Notes: generated by a model from the letters alone, not told the origin. DNA of 64,000 nucleotides from Ruminococcus sp. (GCA_017542125.1 JAFXXU010000033.1:6360-70359); one strand, 5' to 3'; shown: positions 44,611-54,478, numbered from the stretch's first letter. Made by a program: numbers and translations.

Positions 44611-45585
44611 ATGCTGATGAACACCTTTGCCGCGCTCTGCGCGGGCTTTGCTCTTAATATAACCGTAGGCTCGCCCCCGGGGATACTCAATCCCGAGAAC
44701 TCGGTGCCGAGGCTGCTGATGTGGATAGAGAAGCACCTCAAACGCAGCTACCAGAACAATTCCGAGGCTCACCGGATGGCAGGTCTCGTGCTGCTGCTGG
44801 TCTCGCTGATGATCTTCGTCGGGATACCCGGCGTGCTGATCTGGCTGCTCTATTCCGCCTCGCCGGTGCTGGCGCTGGCGATAGATTACTACCTGGCCTG
44901 GGCCTCCTTCACTATGGTGGGCAAGAAGCGTGGGCTCGACCGCCTCGCCAGAGCCCTGGAAACGGGCAGGACGGAACAGGTGCGGATAAGCCTGGCCAAG
45001 CTCACCGGCTTCCGCTGTGACGATATGACCGAGGACGAGCTTATCAGGCGCGGCGTGGAGTATGCCGCCGACTGCACCGCCGATAACGTGGCGGGCGTGC
45101 TGTTCTATACTGCCATATTCGGAGGGCTGGGAGGCATCTTCTACCGAACGGTATCCATACTCCGCAGAACATATTCCGTCCGCAGCAGCGCCTCCGACGA
45201 CTTCGGAACGGCTGTGCATAAGCTCTGGACGGTGCTGGATCTCGTCCCCGCCCATATAGCGGCCTTCGTGTCGGTGCTGCCCGCAAACATCCTGGGCTTC
45301 CCCACTGAGGAATGCCTCGATATGTATAAGCGTGACCGTAAAAAGCTGCAGGCCGTGGTGCTGGCACCCTGCCGCTGCGTGTTCGCTTCGGCCCTGGGGA
45401 TATCCCTTACCCCCAAGAGCGTCTTCCAGGACGGGAACATCATCTTCCTCACCATAGGCGACGAGGAGGAGCCCGCCGCCCCCGAGGACGTTGAGGCCGC
45501 CGGGGAGATAATGTATGAGACCGCCTTCTTCCTTTTCCTGCTCTTCGGTTTCATAAAGCTGATGCTGACCCTCTTCGTCTTCTGA
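44611..45585 (+). CDS. CobD/CbiB family membrane protein
   Basis: 324 aa polytopic protein with family-like N-terminus and length. I did not see the canonical HP..L motif, so this may be a divergent subfamily. Confidence 0.6.
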   Translation: MLMNTFAALCAGFALNITVGSPPGILNPENSVPRLLMWIEKHLKRSYQNNSEAHRMAGLVLLLVSLMIFVGIPGVLIWLLYSASPVLALAIDYYLAWASFTMVGKKRGLDRLARALETGRTEQVRISLAKLTGFRCDDMTEDELIRRGVEYAADCTADNVAGVLFYTAIFGGLGGIFYRTVSILRRTYSVRSSASDDFGTAVHKLWTVLDLVPAHIAAFVSVLPANILGFPTEECLDMYKRDRKKLQAVVLAPCRCVFASALGISLTPKSVFQDGNIIFLTIGDEEEPAAPEDVEAAGEIMYETAFFLFLLFGFIKLMLTLFVF

Positions 45586-45825
45586 AGCCCCGGACCCCCG
45601 AAATACCGCCGTTGTCCTGTTTTTTGGATAATTGATATAACAAAAGCCCCCGAAAAACCGTGGTTTGTATAAATGTTGCACAATCATTTTGAAATATATT
45701 TGTGCAGGTTTTTTTCGGATAATTATATACAAATCAGAAATAATATGCTATAATAATTTAGGGTGCTGAGAATATGTTTATATACTCAGAGGAGCCCCGG
45801 ATGTGACGGAAAAGGAGGTCCTGCT

Positions 45826-46446
45826 ATGAAGTCTATCATTACGATAAGCCGTGAGTTCGGAAGCGGCGGGCGCGAGATCGGCAAGACGCTTGCCGAAAAG
45901 CTGGGCATAGATTTCTATGACAAGGAGCTTCTTGAGATCGCATCCAAGCAGAGCGGCATCACTCAGGAGCTGTTCGTCAAGCACGATGAGAATTACACTA
46001 ATTCGTTTCTGTATTCTCTCGTTATGGGCAACTACCCCGTTACCCCCGACGGCAGGATAAACCCCGAGCTCCCGCTCAATCAGAAGATATTCCTGGCACA
46101 GTTCGAGACGATCCGTTCCCTGGCCGAGAAAGGCCCCTGCGTTATCGTCGGAAGGTGCGCCGACTATGTTCTGAAAAACAACGACAATGTCATCAACTTC
46201 TTCATTACCGGCTCGATGCCCCAGAAGCGCCGCAGGATCCTGGAGCGCTATGACATCGAGAAAAACAAGGTGGAGGACTTTATCCGCAAGACGGATAAGC
46301 GCCGCGCCAGCTATTATAACTACTACACCGATATGAAGTGGGGCGAGGCAAAGAACTACGACCTCTGCATAAATTCCTCCAAGGCGGGGATAGCGGGCGC
46401 CGTAGAGCTTATGGAGGCTTACATCCGCATCAAGGAGAGCCTCTGA
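45826..46446 (+). CDS. cytidylate kinase-like family protein
   Basis: IITISREFGSGGREIGK..A..LG..FYD signature. AAAGGAGG Shine-Dalgarno at 45810-45817. Confidence 0.75.
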   Translation: MKSIITISREFGSGGREIGKTLAEKLGIDFYDKELLEIASKQSGITQELFVKHDENYTNSFLYSLVMGNYPVTPDGRINPELPLNQKIFLAQFETIRSLAEKGPCVIVGRCADYVLKNNDNVINFFITGSMPQKRRRILERYDIEKNKVEDFIRKTDKRRASYYNYYTDMKWGEAKNYDLCINSSKAGIAGAVELMEAYIRIKESL

Positions 46447-46503
46447 ACATCTGGCTTACGAGTTAATCTTTTTCAATTCATTTTACTTTCCTTACTTTTT
46501 GAG

Positions 46504-46531
46504 AAAGCCGTCCCCCCGGGGACGGCTTTTT
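46504..46531. terminator. bidirectional intrinsic terminator between convergent genes
   Basis: AAAGCCGTCCC-CCCG-GGGACGGCTTT flanked by A/T runs. Confidence 0.75.
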
Positions 46532-46534
46532 CAT

Positions 46535-46996
46535 TCACTCTGCTTTTCTGAGCCCCTGCATAAAGCCTCCCAGCTCTGTGCAGCACACATCTCCGCCGAT
46601 GAGCTCCCCGCCGCAGACCATAAGGGTCAGCTGCATACAGTCCTTGTCGGTGTGCCCCTCGTAATTTAGGACGGGGTAGGTGTAGATCTCTACCGTCCTG
46701 CCCTTGTACTTTTCGAGATCGAAGCCCTGCTGCTTCTGCAGGCTGTTGTACTGCTCGTAGACCTCGTTCCATTCCTCGGGCAGCGTCACCGACCTGCACT
46801 CGGAGTATTTTTCGGCGGTCTTCCAGCCCATATCCTCGATGAAGCGCTGGCGCTCGGCTTCGGTGTTCATGCTGTAAACGGGCTTATCCGGCTTCTTCAC
46901 CGCTCCCACAAGCAGTATCACCGCCGCCGCAAGGATCACAGCGGCAAGGATCAGCCACAGCGCAGGCTTTTTCAGTTTTACCGATCTGATGAACAT
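46535..46996 (-). CDS. DUF4830-like membrane-anchored protein
   Basis: N-terminal TM, then ..F(I)ED(M)GW......V.LPEEW.EVYEQYN.LQK.QGFDL.KYKGK.V..YTY pattern remembered as DUF4830. Confidence 0.55.
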   Translation of the reverse strand: MFIRSVKLKKPALWLILAAVILAAAVILLVGAVKKPDKPVYSMNTEAERQRFIEDMGWKTAEKYSECRSVTLPEEWNEVYEQYNSLQKQQGFDLEKYKGRTVEIYTYPVLNYEGHTDKDCMQLTLMVCGGELIGGDVCCTELGGFMQGLRKAE

Positions 46997-47361
46997 TATC
47001 CTCCCTCTTTCTGTCAGGTTTTGCCGTTTTCTGCCCCCGTAAATCGTCAGAGGGCTCGGTCTGCTAATATATATGAGGACTTGCCGCCCGTGAGAACAAA
47101 AAGCAGTAAAAATATCCCGCTTCGGCTGGGCGTTGCCGCAAATGTTGTTTTACCCTGCCCTCTGCCTGATCTACTGAGGGAAACCTTTCTGAAGAAAGGT
47201 CTCCCCCAACAGACCACACTAAGGCAGGATAGATCATCGTTAGCGGCAATGCACAGCCGGAGCGGGAAATTTTTCTGATTTTTTTGCGTTTATCCCTTTT
47301 CAAAGCGGGTGAAATGTGGTATAATGAAAATAATAATACCCTTTTGAGAGGAGAAGTCATT

Positions 47362-47823
47362 ATGAAACAGGAAGTAACCGTAAAGATATTCAACCGGGAG
47401 TACAAGCTGCTCACAGATGAGAGCCGGGAGTACACCAACGAGCTGGCTGCGGCCCTCAATCACAGGCTGGAGGATCTGCTCAAGGGCAAGAGCACCCTTT
47501 CCGCGCAGGACGGGGCTGCGCTTATCGCACTTGAGGCCTGCGACGATCTCTACAAGACCCGCTCGAACCTGGAAAACATCCGCTCGCAGATAAAGGTGTA
47601 TTTCGACGACGCCTCCAAGGCCAAGGCCAGAGCCGAGGCTGCCGAGAAGGAGAACCAGCAGCTCCGGGAGAAGGTTGAGCAGCTCCAGAAGGAGCTCCGC
47701 CTCCGCAACAGCTTCACTCCCGAGGAGACGGTCTCTGCCAAAGATATGATCGCCAAGGATATCTCAGATGCTCTGGGTGGGAACAACGTGACCGGCTACG
47801 GCTACGGGAAGAAGAATGGCTGA
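47362..47823 (+). CDS. zapA: cell division protein ZapA
   Basis: V.I..REY.L....SREY...LA..L..RL N-terminal domain plus a coiled-coil tail. GAGGAGAAG Shine-Dalgarno. Confidence 0.7.
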   Translation: MKQEVTVKIFNREYKLLTDESREYTNELAAALNHRLEDLLKGKSTLSAQDGAALIALEACDDLYKTRSNLENIRSQIKVYFDDASKAKARAEAAEKENQQLREKVEQLQKELRLRNSFTPEETVSAKDMIAKDISDALGGNNVTGYGYGKKNG

Positions 47824-49864
47824 GATACTTGCTCCCTGCGGCTCTCCCGAGGCGCTGGAGGCTGCCCTCAGAACGGGCTGCGATGCCGTCTACTTAGGGG
47901 GCGAGAGCTTCTCTGCGAGGCAGAGCGCCGCCAATTTCTCCGAAACGGAGCTTGAAGAGGCGGTCAGGCGCTGCCATATCCGCGGGGTTAAGGTCTATCA
48001 GGCGATAAATACCGTCATCACCGACAAGGAGCTGCCTGAGTGCATAAAAGCCGTCAGAACAGCCTGCCGCCTTGGTGTGGACGGGCTCATAACCCAGGAC
48101 CTGGCTCTCGCTGTCATAGTCAGGGAGATGTGCCCCGATATGGAGCTCCACGCCTCCACGCAGATGACCCTGCACACAAGGCAGGGAATGCTCTTTGCCG
48201 GGGAGCTGGGCTTTTCCAGGGGCGTTGCGTCCAGAGAGCTGCCGGAGAGGATACTCCGGGAGCTTTGTAAGCTGCCCATCGAGATAGAGGTGTTCGTTCA
48301 CGGAGCGCTTTGTATGTCGGTGTCGGGGCAGTGCTATATGTCGGCGGTGATAGGTCAGCGGAGCGCCAACAGGGGCCGCTGCGCACAGGCTTGCCGTCTG
48401 CCCGCAGCCGGCGTAAAGGGCTCGGAGCGGCACGGGCTGTCCCTTAAGGATATGTCATACATCCCCCACCTGAAAAAGCTGGAGGCTATGGGCGCTGCCT
48501 CTCTGAAAATAGAGGGACGGATGAAGCGCCCGGAGTACGTCGCAGCTGCAGTAACGGCTGTCAGGACGGAGCTTTCCGGCGGGAAAAGCGATAAAGCCCT
48601 GCTGGAGGGCGTGTTCTCACGCTCCGGCTTCACTGACGGCTATTTCACCGGTAAAACCGGTGCGGATATGTTCGGCTTCCGCCGAAAAGAGGACGTTGAG
48701 GCCTCTGCTGCGGCGCTGCCCGCCCTCCACGAGCTTTACCGCCGCGAGTACAAGCGCTCGGAGGTAAAGGCATTTGTCAGGATGAAAAGCGGTGAGCCGC
48801 TGTATATAGCCTTTGAGGACAGCTGCGGCCTCCGGGCCGAGCATTACGGCAGCGAGCCCCGGAAGGCTCTGAACCGCCCCGCCGATAAGGATCATCTTGA
48901 AAAACAGCTCTCCAAGCTGGGGGATACGATCTATACCCTGGCCTCTGTGGAGTTTGAGCTCGGTGAGGGGCTGACCGTCCCCGCGGCGGAGCTGAACGCT
49001 GCCAGGCGGGAGCTCTGCGGGAAGCTGGATGAGCTGCGGTTTGAACGGTTCACCAAGCGCCCGAGCTTTGAGGAGAAGGAGCTGTCATTCGCTCCCCAGA
49101 AAAGGCAGGGCAGGCAGGCGCTTCGGCTGTACGTCCGTAAAGCGGAGCAGCTGAAAGAAGCCGACCTCGGCGCGGTGGAGCTGATACTTGCAGACCTCGG
49201 TACCTGCAAAACGCTGCTCGATGAGGGCTATGCCCCCGAGAAGCTCTGCGCCGTTATGCCGAGATTTACCTTTGACGAAGAGAAAGATATATCCCGCCTG
49301 CGTGAGCTTGCAGAGCGGGGGTTAAAGCATATTGAATGTACGAACTACGCCCATATCCCCATAGGACGGGAGCTTGGGCTCATCCTCCACGGAGGATACG
49401 GGCTCAACGTCACCAACAGCCTGGCGGCGGGCGAGCTGAAAAGGCTGGGCTTTGCCGACTTCACCGCTTCCTTTGAGCTCAGAGCCGGGGAGATAGCCTC
49501 CCTCGGGGGAGAGTTTCCGTACAGCGTGTTCGGCTACGGGCGCATCCCGATGATGCTCACCGTAAACTGTCCCATAAAAGCGGAGCGGGGCTGCTCCGGC
49601 TGCACGGGAGCCCTGTTTGACAGAACGGGCAGGCGTTTCCCCGTAAGGTGCAGCAGGGAGCAGGGCTATACAGAGCTCCTGAACTCGGATATACTGAGCA
49701 TCGCCGGCAGGGAGAAAGATTTTGCCGGTGCCGACAGCATCAGGCTTGAAATGTATGACGAAAGCCCCGAAAGAGTTAGAGAGACGATCGGGGCGTTCAC
49801 GGGAGGGGAAGCCCTCTTTGCAGAGGGGCTCACAAAGGGGCTCTATTACAGAGGGGTGAAATAG
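47816..49864 (+). CDS. U32 family peptidase (collagenase-like / RlhA-TrhP-type)
   Basis: E.LAPCGS N-terminus and the E(V)FVHGALC.S.SGQC.(M)S signature. Confidence 0.85.
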   Translation: MAEILAPCGSPEALEAALRTGCDAVYLGGESFSARQSAANFSETELEEAVRRCHIRGVKVYQAINTVITDKELPECIKAVRTACRLGVDGLITQDLALAVIVREMCPDMELHASTQMTLHTRQGMLFAGELGFSRGVASRELPERILRELCKLPIEIEVFVHGALCMSVSGQCYMSAVIGQRSANRGRCAQACRLPAAGVKGSERHGLSLKDMSYIPHLKKLEAMGAASLKIEGRMKRPEYVAAAVTAVRTELSGGKSDKALLEGVFSRSGFTDGYFTGKTGADMFGFRRKEDVEASAAALPALHELYRREYKRSEVKAFVRMKSGEPLYIAFEDSCGLRAEHYGSEPRKALNRPADKDHLEKQLSKLGDTIYTLASVEFELGEGLTVPAAELNAARRELCGKLDELRFERFTKRPSFEEKELSFAPQKRQGRQALRLYVRKAEQLKEADLGAVELILADLGTCKTLLDEGYAPEKLCAVMPRFTFDEEKDISRLRELAERGLKHIECTNYAHIPIGRELGLILHGGYGLNVTNSLAAGELKRLGFADFTASFELRAGEIASLGGEFPYSVFGYGRIPMMLTVNCPIKAERGCSGCTGALFDRTGRRFPVRCSREQGYTELLNSDILSIAGREKDFAGADSIRLEMYDESPERVRETIGAFTGGEALFAEGLTKGLYYRGVK

Positions 49865-49884
49865 CAGCAAAGTGCGGTGATAGG

Positions 49885-51435
49885 ATGGATATGCCGAATA
49901 AAAGCGGCGGGCGCAGCCTGCTACGGGAGTTTCTGCGCAGGCGGCAGCATCCCGTAAAGATAATCGGCTATACCTCAAAGACCCTATGGCTGCTGGTGAT
50001 ACCCATTGCCAAGAATATCGTGGCTTCAAACTTCGATATACAGGGCTGGCTGCGTACCTACTGGCTCGAATTCATAACCATACTCGTCATCGTGGGCTGG
50101 GCGGTGTTCCGATGGCTGTTCGTGTTTTACCGCATCTACGGGGACAGGATAACCGTTCACGCCGGGCCCTTCGGGCTTATCCGCACCACGGTCTACTTCG
50201 GTGAGATAACTGCTCTGCGTACCGAGCAGGGCTATCTCTACCGGGCGGTGAAAGCCTGCACCCTCTATATCGAGACCCAGGCGGTCTCGCTGACAAACAA
50301 CGAGATCAAGCTGGTCATCTCAAAGAAAAGCACCGATGAGATCTTCAAGGTGGTCTCGGGCAGGAGCGAGGGGGAGCCCGCCTTCACCGTCGCCCCTCGG
50401 AGACGGCATATGCTGGTCTTTTCGCTGATTTTTTCTTCGACCCTCTCGGGGATAATAGTCTTCGGAGCTGTGACCTTCCAGATGTACCGCATAGTCGGCG
50501 GAGAGCTGGAGCGGCAGGTAGCCAATAAGGTCAACAGCGGGCTTACCGAGATAGACAGCCACCTGCTGGGGCTCTCAAAGACCGTCCCCCAGGCGGTGCT
50601 GTTCGTGGGAGCGGTGATAGCAGGGGGATGGCTCATCTCCTTTGTGTCCAGCCTGCTGGAGAACTGGAGCTTCCGCGCCACCAGACGGGGCGGGCAGCTG
50701 TTGGTCGAGTCGGGAGCGGTAAAGAGCGTAAGAAAGGTCATCGAGCGGCACAGCATCAGCTGCTTCGATCTCCACCAGACACTGCTTATGAAGTTCACAC
50801 GCATTTGCTCCGTCCATATCCTCTGCGCGGGATACTCAAAGAGCAAAAGACAGACCGCCGCCCTTATCCCCATAGCTACCTACGGCGAAATGGCAGCCTC
50901 GATGAGGCTCCTCGCCCCGGAGCTGGGCAAGCACCGTACCGTTATCTACCCTGCCAGGGGCGCTCTGCGGCGCTATACCATAGTACCGTTGATAATGAGT
51001 ACCCTGCCCATAGTCCTCGGCACCATAGCTAAACAGTTTTCCGACAGATGGCACAGCGAGATCAATATTTTCATGCTGGCCGTGACTGTCCCCATAGTGT
51101 GGAAAACGGTGGTCGCGGGGTTCGCTTCAAAGCTCACCTCCTTTGGCATCACCAAGGATACCCTGACGGTATCCTATTGCAAGGGCTATCAGTTCCACAG
51201 GGTAGTGGTGCCTAGAGGGAATATAACCGAGATGACCGTGGTGCAGAACTTCTTCCAAAGGAAGAACGGCACCTGTACCCTGCTGGTCTGCACAGATTCG
51301 GAGACCGTCAAGCAGCACCGTGTCTACGGGCTGCCCTATAAAGAGACCGCAGAATGCCTCGCCGCCGAGTTCACCGGCATGGCAGAGGCGCTGCTTTGCA
51401 ATGCACAATGCACAATTCACAATGCACAATTATGA
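49885..51435 (+). CDS. bacterial PH-domain (bPH_2) membrane protein, YdbT-like
   Basis: 516 aa with repeated (TM pair + ~80 aa soluble) modules. The C-terminal 12 aa are encoded by the heptamer repeat. Confidence 0.55.
   Translation: MDMPNKSGGRSLLREFLRRRQHPVKIIGYTSKTLWLLVIPIAKNIVASNFDIQGWLRTYWLEFITILVIVGWAVFRWLFVFYRIYGDRITVHAGPFGLIRTTVYFGEITALRTEQGYLYRAVKACTLYIETQAVSLTNNEIKLVISKKSTDEIFKVVSGRSEGEPAFTVAPRRRHMLVFSLIFSSTLSGIIVFGAVTFQMYRIVGGELERQVANKVNSGLTEIDSHLLGLSKTVPQAVLFVGAVIAGGWLISFVSSLLENWSFRATRRGGQLLVESGAVKSVRKVIERHSISCFDLHQTLLMKFTRICSVHILCAGYSKSKRQTAALIPIATYGEMAASMRLLAPELGKHRTVIYPARGALRRYTIVPLIMSTLPIVLGTIAKQFSDRWHSEINIFMLAVTVPIVWKTVVAGFASKLTSFGITKDTLTVSYCKGYQFHRVVVPRGNITEMTVVQNFFQRKNGTCTLLVCTDSETVKQHRVYGLPYKETAECLAAEFTGMAEALLCNAQCTIHNAQL
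51397..51432 (-). repeat. about 5 units of the GCATTGT heptamer (reverse orientation) forming the 3' end of the YdbT-like CDS
   Basis: Plus strand reads TGCAATGCACAATGCACAATTCACAATGCACAATTA. Confidence 0.85.
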
Positions 51436-51486
51436 TGCGCCTGCGGCGCAACGGCTGAACGCATAAAGCCCAAAACGCAATACCGC

Positions 51487-52106
51487 ACGCCTCACTATAG
51501 CAATGCGAGCAAGCAATGCTCCGGCGGCACTCAAACCAAAGACGCGGAGCCAATGACCGTTCGCCACTACAACTGTTAGCGACGTCAGGAGCGCGGCGTG
51601 ATGTAAAAAAACGCCTCACCATAGCAATGCGAGCAAGCAATGCTCCGGCGGCACTCAAACCAAAGACGCGGAGCCAAAGACTGTTCGCCACTACAACTGT
51701 TAGCGACGTCAGGAGCGTGGCGTGATGTAAAAAAACGCCTCACCATAGTTATGCGAGCAAGCAATGCTCCGGCGGCACTCAAATCAGAGACGCGGAGCCA
51801 ATGACCGTTCGCCAACACAATTGTTAGCGACGTCAGGAGCGTGGCGTGATGTAAAAAAACGCCTCACTATAGCAATGCGAGCAAGCAATGCTCCGGCGGC
51901 ACTCAAACCAAAGACGCGGAGCCAATGACCGTTCGCCACTACAACTGTTAGCGACGTCAGGAGCGTGGCGTGATGTAAAAAAACGCCTCACTATAGCGAT
52001 GCGAGCAAGCAATGCTCCGGCGGCACTCAAACCAAAGACGCGGAGCCAAAGACTGTTCGCCACTGCGAATGTTAGCGACGTCAGGAGCGTGGCGTGACGT
52101 AAAAAA
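51487..52106 (+). repeat. tandem array: 5 x 124-bp units, head-to-tail, no spacers
   Basis: Units start at 51487, 51611, 51735, 51859 and 51983. Each begins ACGCCTCAC and ends GATGTAAAAAA. Units differ from unit 4 by 1, 3, 8 and 7 substitutions (hand count). Confidence 0.95.
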
Positions 52107-52123
52107 AGAAGGAGGGGATATTT

Positions 52124-54478
52124 GTGAGTAAGTTTGATGCGGGTATGGAATCGATGCTGGATACCTTTGTGTTTGAATCCACAGAGCTGCTGGAAAACCT
52201 CGACGATATACTGATGCGTACCGAGAGCAGCGAGCTTACTGCCGACGATATAGCCGAGATATTCAGAGTAATGCATACGATAAAGGGCTCCGCCGCTATG
52301 ATGGGGCTCAAGAACCTGTCCGAGCTGGCCCACGCGGTGGAGGACATCTATTTCGTCGTGCGTGAAAATCCCGAGCTGCAGTTTGACCGCCCAAAGCTCT
52401 ATGAGCTCTCCTTCAAGACCTCGGACTACCTTAAATACGATATAGAGAACCTGGCTGACGATTCGGTGGAGCTCACCGATTTCTCGGAGTTCATCCCCCA
52501 GCTCCACGAGTTCGCGGCTTACCTGACCGCCCTCTCCAAGGGGGAGGAAGCCGCCGCACCCGCAGCTCACCACGAGATATTCTCAGCCGATGAGCCGGAG
52601 GGCGTAAGAACGGTAAAGATCACCTTCTCCGACAGCTGTATGATGCCCTCCATCAGAGCTATGGTGCTGGTGAATTCCGTGGGCGCGGATGCTGAGGTGC
52701 TCTCCACCATCCCCCCCGACCTGGAGGCGGACAGCGCCGACGACGAGATCAGAGCCCAGGGCTTTATCATCAAGCTCAGCTGCGATGATATCGACCCGGT
52801 CATAGCCCAGCTTAAGGACGGCGTTGACGTCGAGACCGTGGAGGAGCTGAAACGCCCCGCATCCCAGGCACCCAAGGCCGAGCCGGCTAAGCCAGCCCTG
52901 CCCGCAGGCTCTTCGGAGGAGGGTGTCACCACATTCCTCATCAGGTTCGAGGAGGGCTGCCTTATGCCCTCTATCAGAGCTATGGTGCTGAAAAACTCCC
53001 TCAACTCCTACGGCCAGATAGTAAAGACCGTCCCCGACGACCTGGAAAAGGACAGCGCCGAGGACGAGATCGCCAAGAACGGCTTCCGTGTCGAGATAAA
53101 GACCGAGCACGCCGAGGAAGCCCTGGCTATGCTCAAGGAGGGCGTGAACGTCCTCACAGCGGATAAGCTGGAGGCTGCAAAGCCTGAGGCCGAGGCAGAG
53201 GCCAAGCCAGCAGCTGAGGCTCCCAAGGCTGCCCAGAAGAAGGACGCTCCCGCAGCAGGCGGCGCCCACGGCAGCGGCAGCATGATCTCGGTAAGGCTGG
53301 AAAAGCTGGACAGGCTCCTTGACCTGGTGGCCGAGATAGTTATAACCGAGTCGGGCGTTACTTCAAGCCCCGACCTCAGAGAGATCAGCTCCGGCCTCGA
53401 CCGGTTCCAGAAATCGGCCCGTGAGCTGAAAAAGCTCACCGATGAGCTCCAGGACGTTGTTATGTCCATACGAATGGTGCCGGTGCAGACCGCATTCTCC
53501 AAGATGAGCCGGGTGGTCAGGGATATGAACCAGACCCTGGGCAAAAACGTGGACCTTGTATTCGTGGGAGCCGATACCGAAGCGGATAAATCCGTGGTGG
53601 ATATCCTGGGCGACCCTCTGATGCATATTGTGAGAAACGCTGTTGACCACGGCATTGAGATGCCGGAGGAGCGTGCCGCCGCAGGCAAGACCGAAAGGGC
53701 CACCGTTACCCTCTCGGCAGGCTATGAGAGCGGAGAAGTCGTGATCTCCTGCGAGGATAACGGCGCGGGTATGGACCCAAAGAAGCTGCTGGCAAAGGCA
53801 AAGAAGAACGGCATCCTCACCAAGCCGGAGAATGAGTACACCGACTCGGAATGCTACGAGCTGATAATGTCGGCAGGCTTCTCCACCAACGAGACCGTGA
53901 CCCAGTATTCCGGCCGCGGCGTAGGTATGGATGTTGTAAGGAAGAATATCGAAAAGGTCGGAGGGAAAATGTACATCGACTCCGAGTTGGGCAAGGGCTC
54001 GAAGTTCACTATCAGGATACCCCTCTCACTTTCGATCATTGACGTTCTGGGCGTTGAAGCCAACGGCGCTGAGCTCTCGGTGCCTATATCCTCCGTCAAA
54101 GAGATCTTCCGGGCAGAGCCCTCACAGCTCATAAAGGATCCCGACGGGACGGAGCTGGTGATGCTCAGAGAGAAGTGCCTGCGTGTCATAAGGCTCGCCG
54201 ATGCCTTTGAGCTCACGGGCGAGCGGATGCCTCTGGAGGAGGGCATACTCCTCTATTGCAGTGAGGACGGGCGCGAGGCTGCGATCTTTGCCGATGCCCT
54301 GACTGCGGATCAGCAGGTGGTCGTAAAGCCCCTGTCGATACTGCTCAACAAGTATGATCTGAAAAGCAAGGGGCTTTCGGGCTGCTCTATCCTGGCAGAC
54401 GGAAGCATAACCCTTATAACCGATATCAACGAGCTGTTCATCCATAACGGGGTGCGTCAGCTCGAAGCCGCAAAGTAA
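52124..54478 (+). CDS. cheA: chemotaxis histidine kinase CheA (with two tandem P2-like domains)
   Basis: Hpt motif HTIKGSAAMMG, HATPase N/G boxes (NAVDHGIE, DNGAGM, GRGVGMD) and a C-terminal CheW-like domain. GTG start 6 nt after GAAGGAGGGG. Confidence 0.9.
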   Translation: MSKFDAGMESMLDTFVFESTELLENLDDILMRTESSELTADDIAEIFRVMHTIKGSAAMMGLKNLSELAHAVEDIYFVVRENPELQFDRPKLYELSFKTSDYLKYDIENLADDSVELTDFSEFIPQLHEFAAYLTALSKGEEAAAPAAHHEIFSADEPEGVRTVKITFSDSCMMPSIRAMVLVNSVGADAEVLSTIPPDLEADSADDEIRAQGFIIKLSCDDIDPVIAQLKDGVDVETVEELKRPASQAPKAEPAKPALPAGSSEEGVTTFLIRFEEGCLMPSIRAMVLKNSLNSYGQIVKTVPDDLEKDSAEDEIAKNGFRVEIKTEHAEEALAMLKEGVNVLTADKLEAAKPEAEAEAKPAAEAPKAAQKKDAPAAGGAHGSGSMISVRLEKLDRLLDLVAEIVITESGVTSSPDLREISSGLDRFQKSARELKKLTDELQDVVMSIRMVPVQTAFSKMSRVVRDMNQTLGKNVDLVFVGADTEADKSVVDILGDPLMHIVRNAVDHGIEMPEERAAAGKTERATVTLSAGYESGEVVISCEDNGAGMDPKKLLAKAKKNGILTKPENEYTDSECYELIMSAGFSTNETVTQYSGRGVGMDVVRKNIEKVGGKMYIDSELGKGSKFTIRIPLSLSIIDVLGVEANGAELSVPISSVKEIFRAEPSQLIKDPDGTELVMLREKCLRVIRLADAFELTGERMPLEEGILLYCSEDGREAAIFADALTADQQVVVKPLSILLNKYDLKSKGLSGCSILADGSITLITDINELFIHNGVRQLEAAK

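Noticed and set aside
51487-52106. CRISPR array
   Set aside because: Units are contiguous with no unique spacers. The repeat is 124 bp, far longer than CRISPR repeats. No cas genes are in the window.
51371-52573. ORFs on both strands running through the 124-bp repeat array (e.g. 51516-51725 +, 51888-52097 +, 51585-51818 -, 51833-52573 -) that give repeated peptides.
   Set aside because: They are artefacts of translating a repeat. The unit length (124) is not a multiple of 3, so the frame rotates each unit. No Shine-Dalgarno sequences are present. The longest one is merely antisense to the start of cheA.
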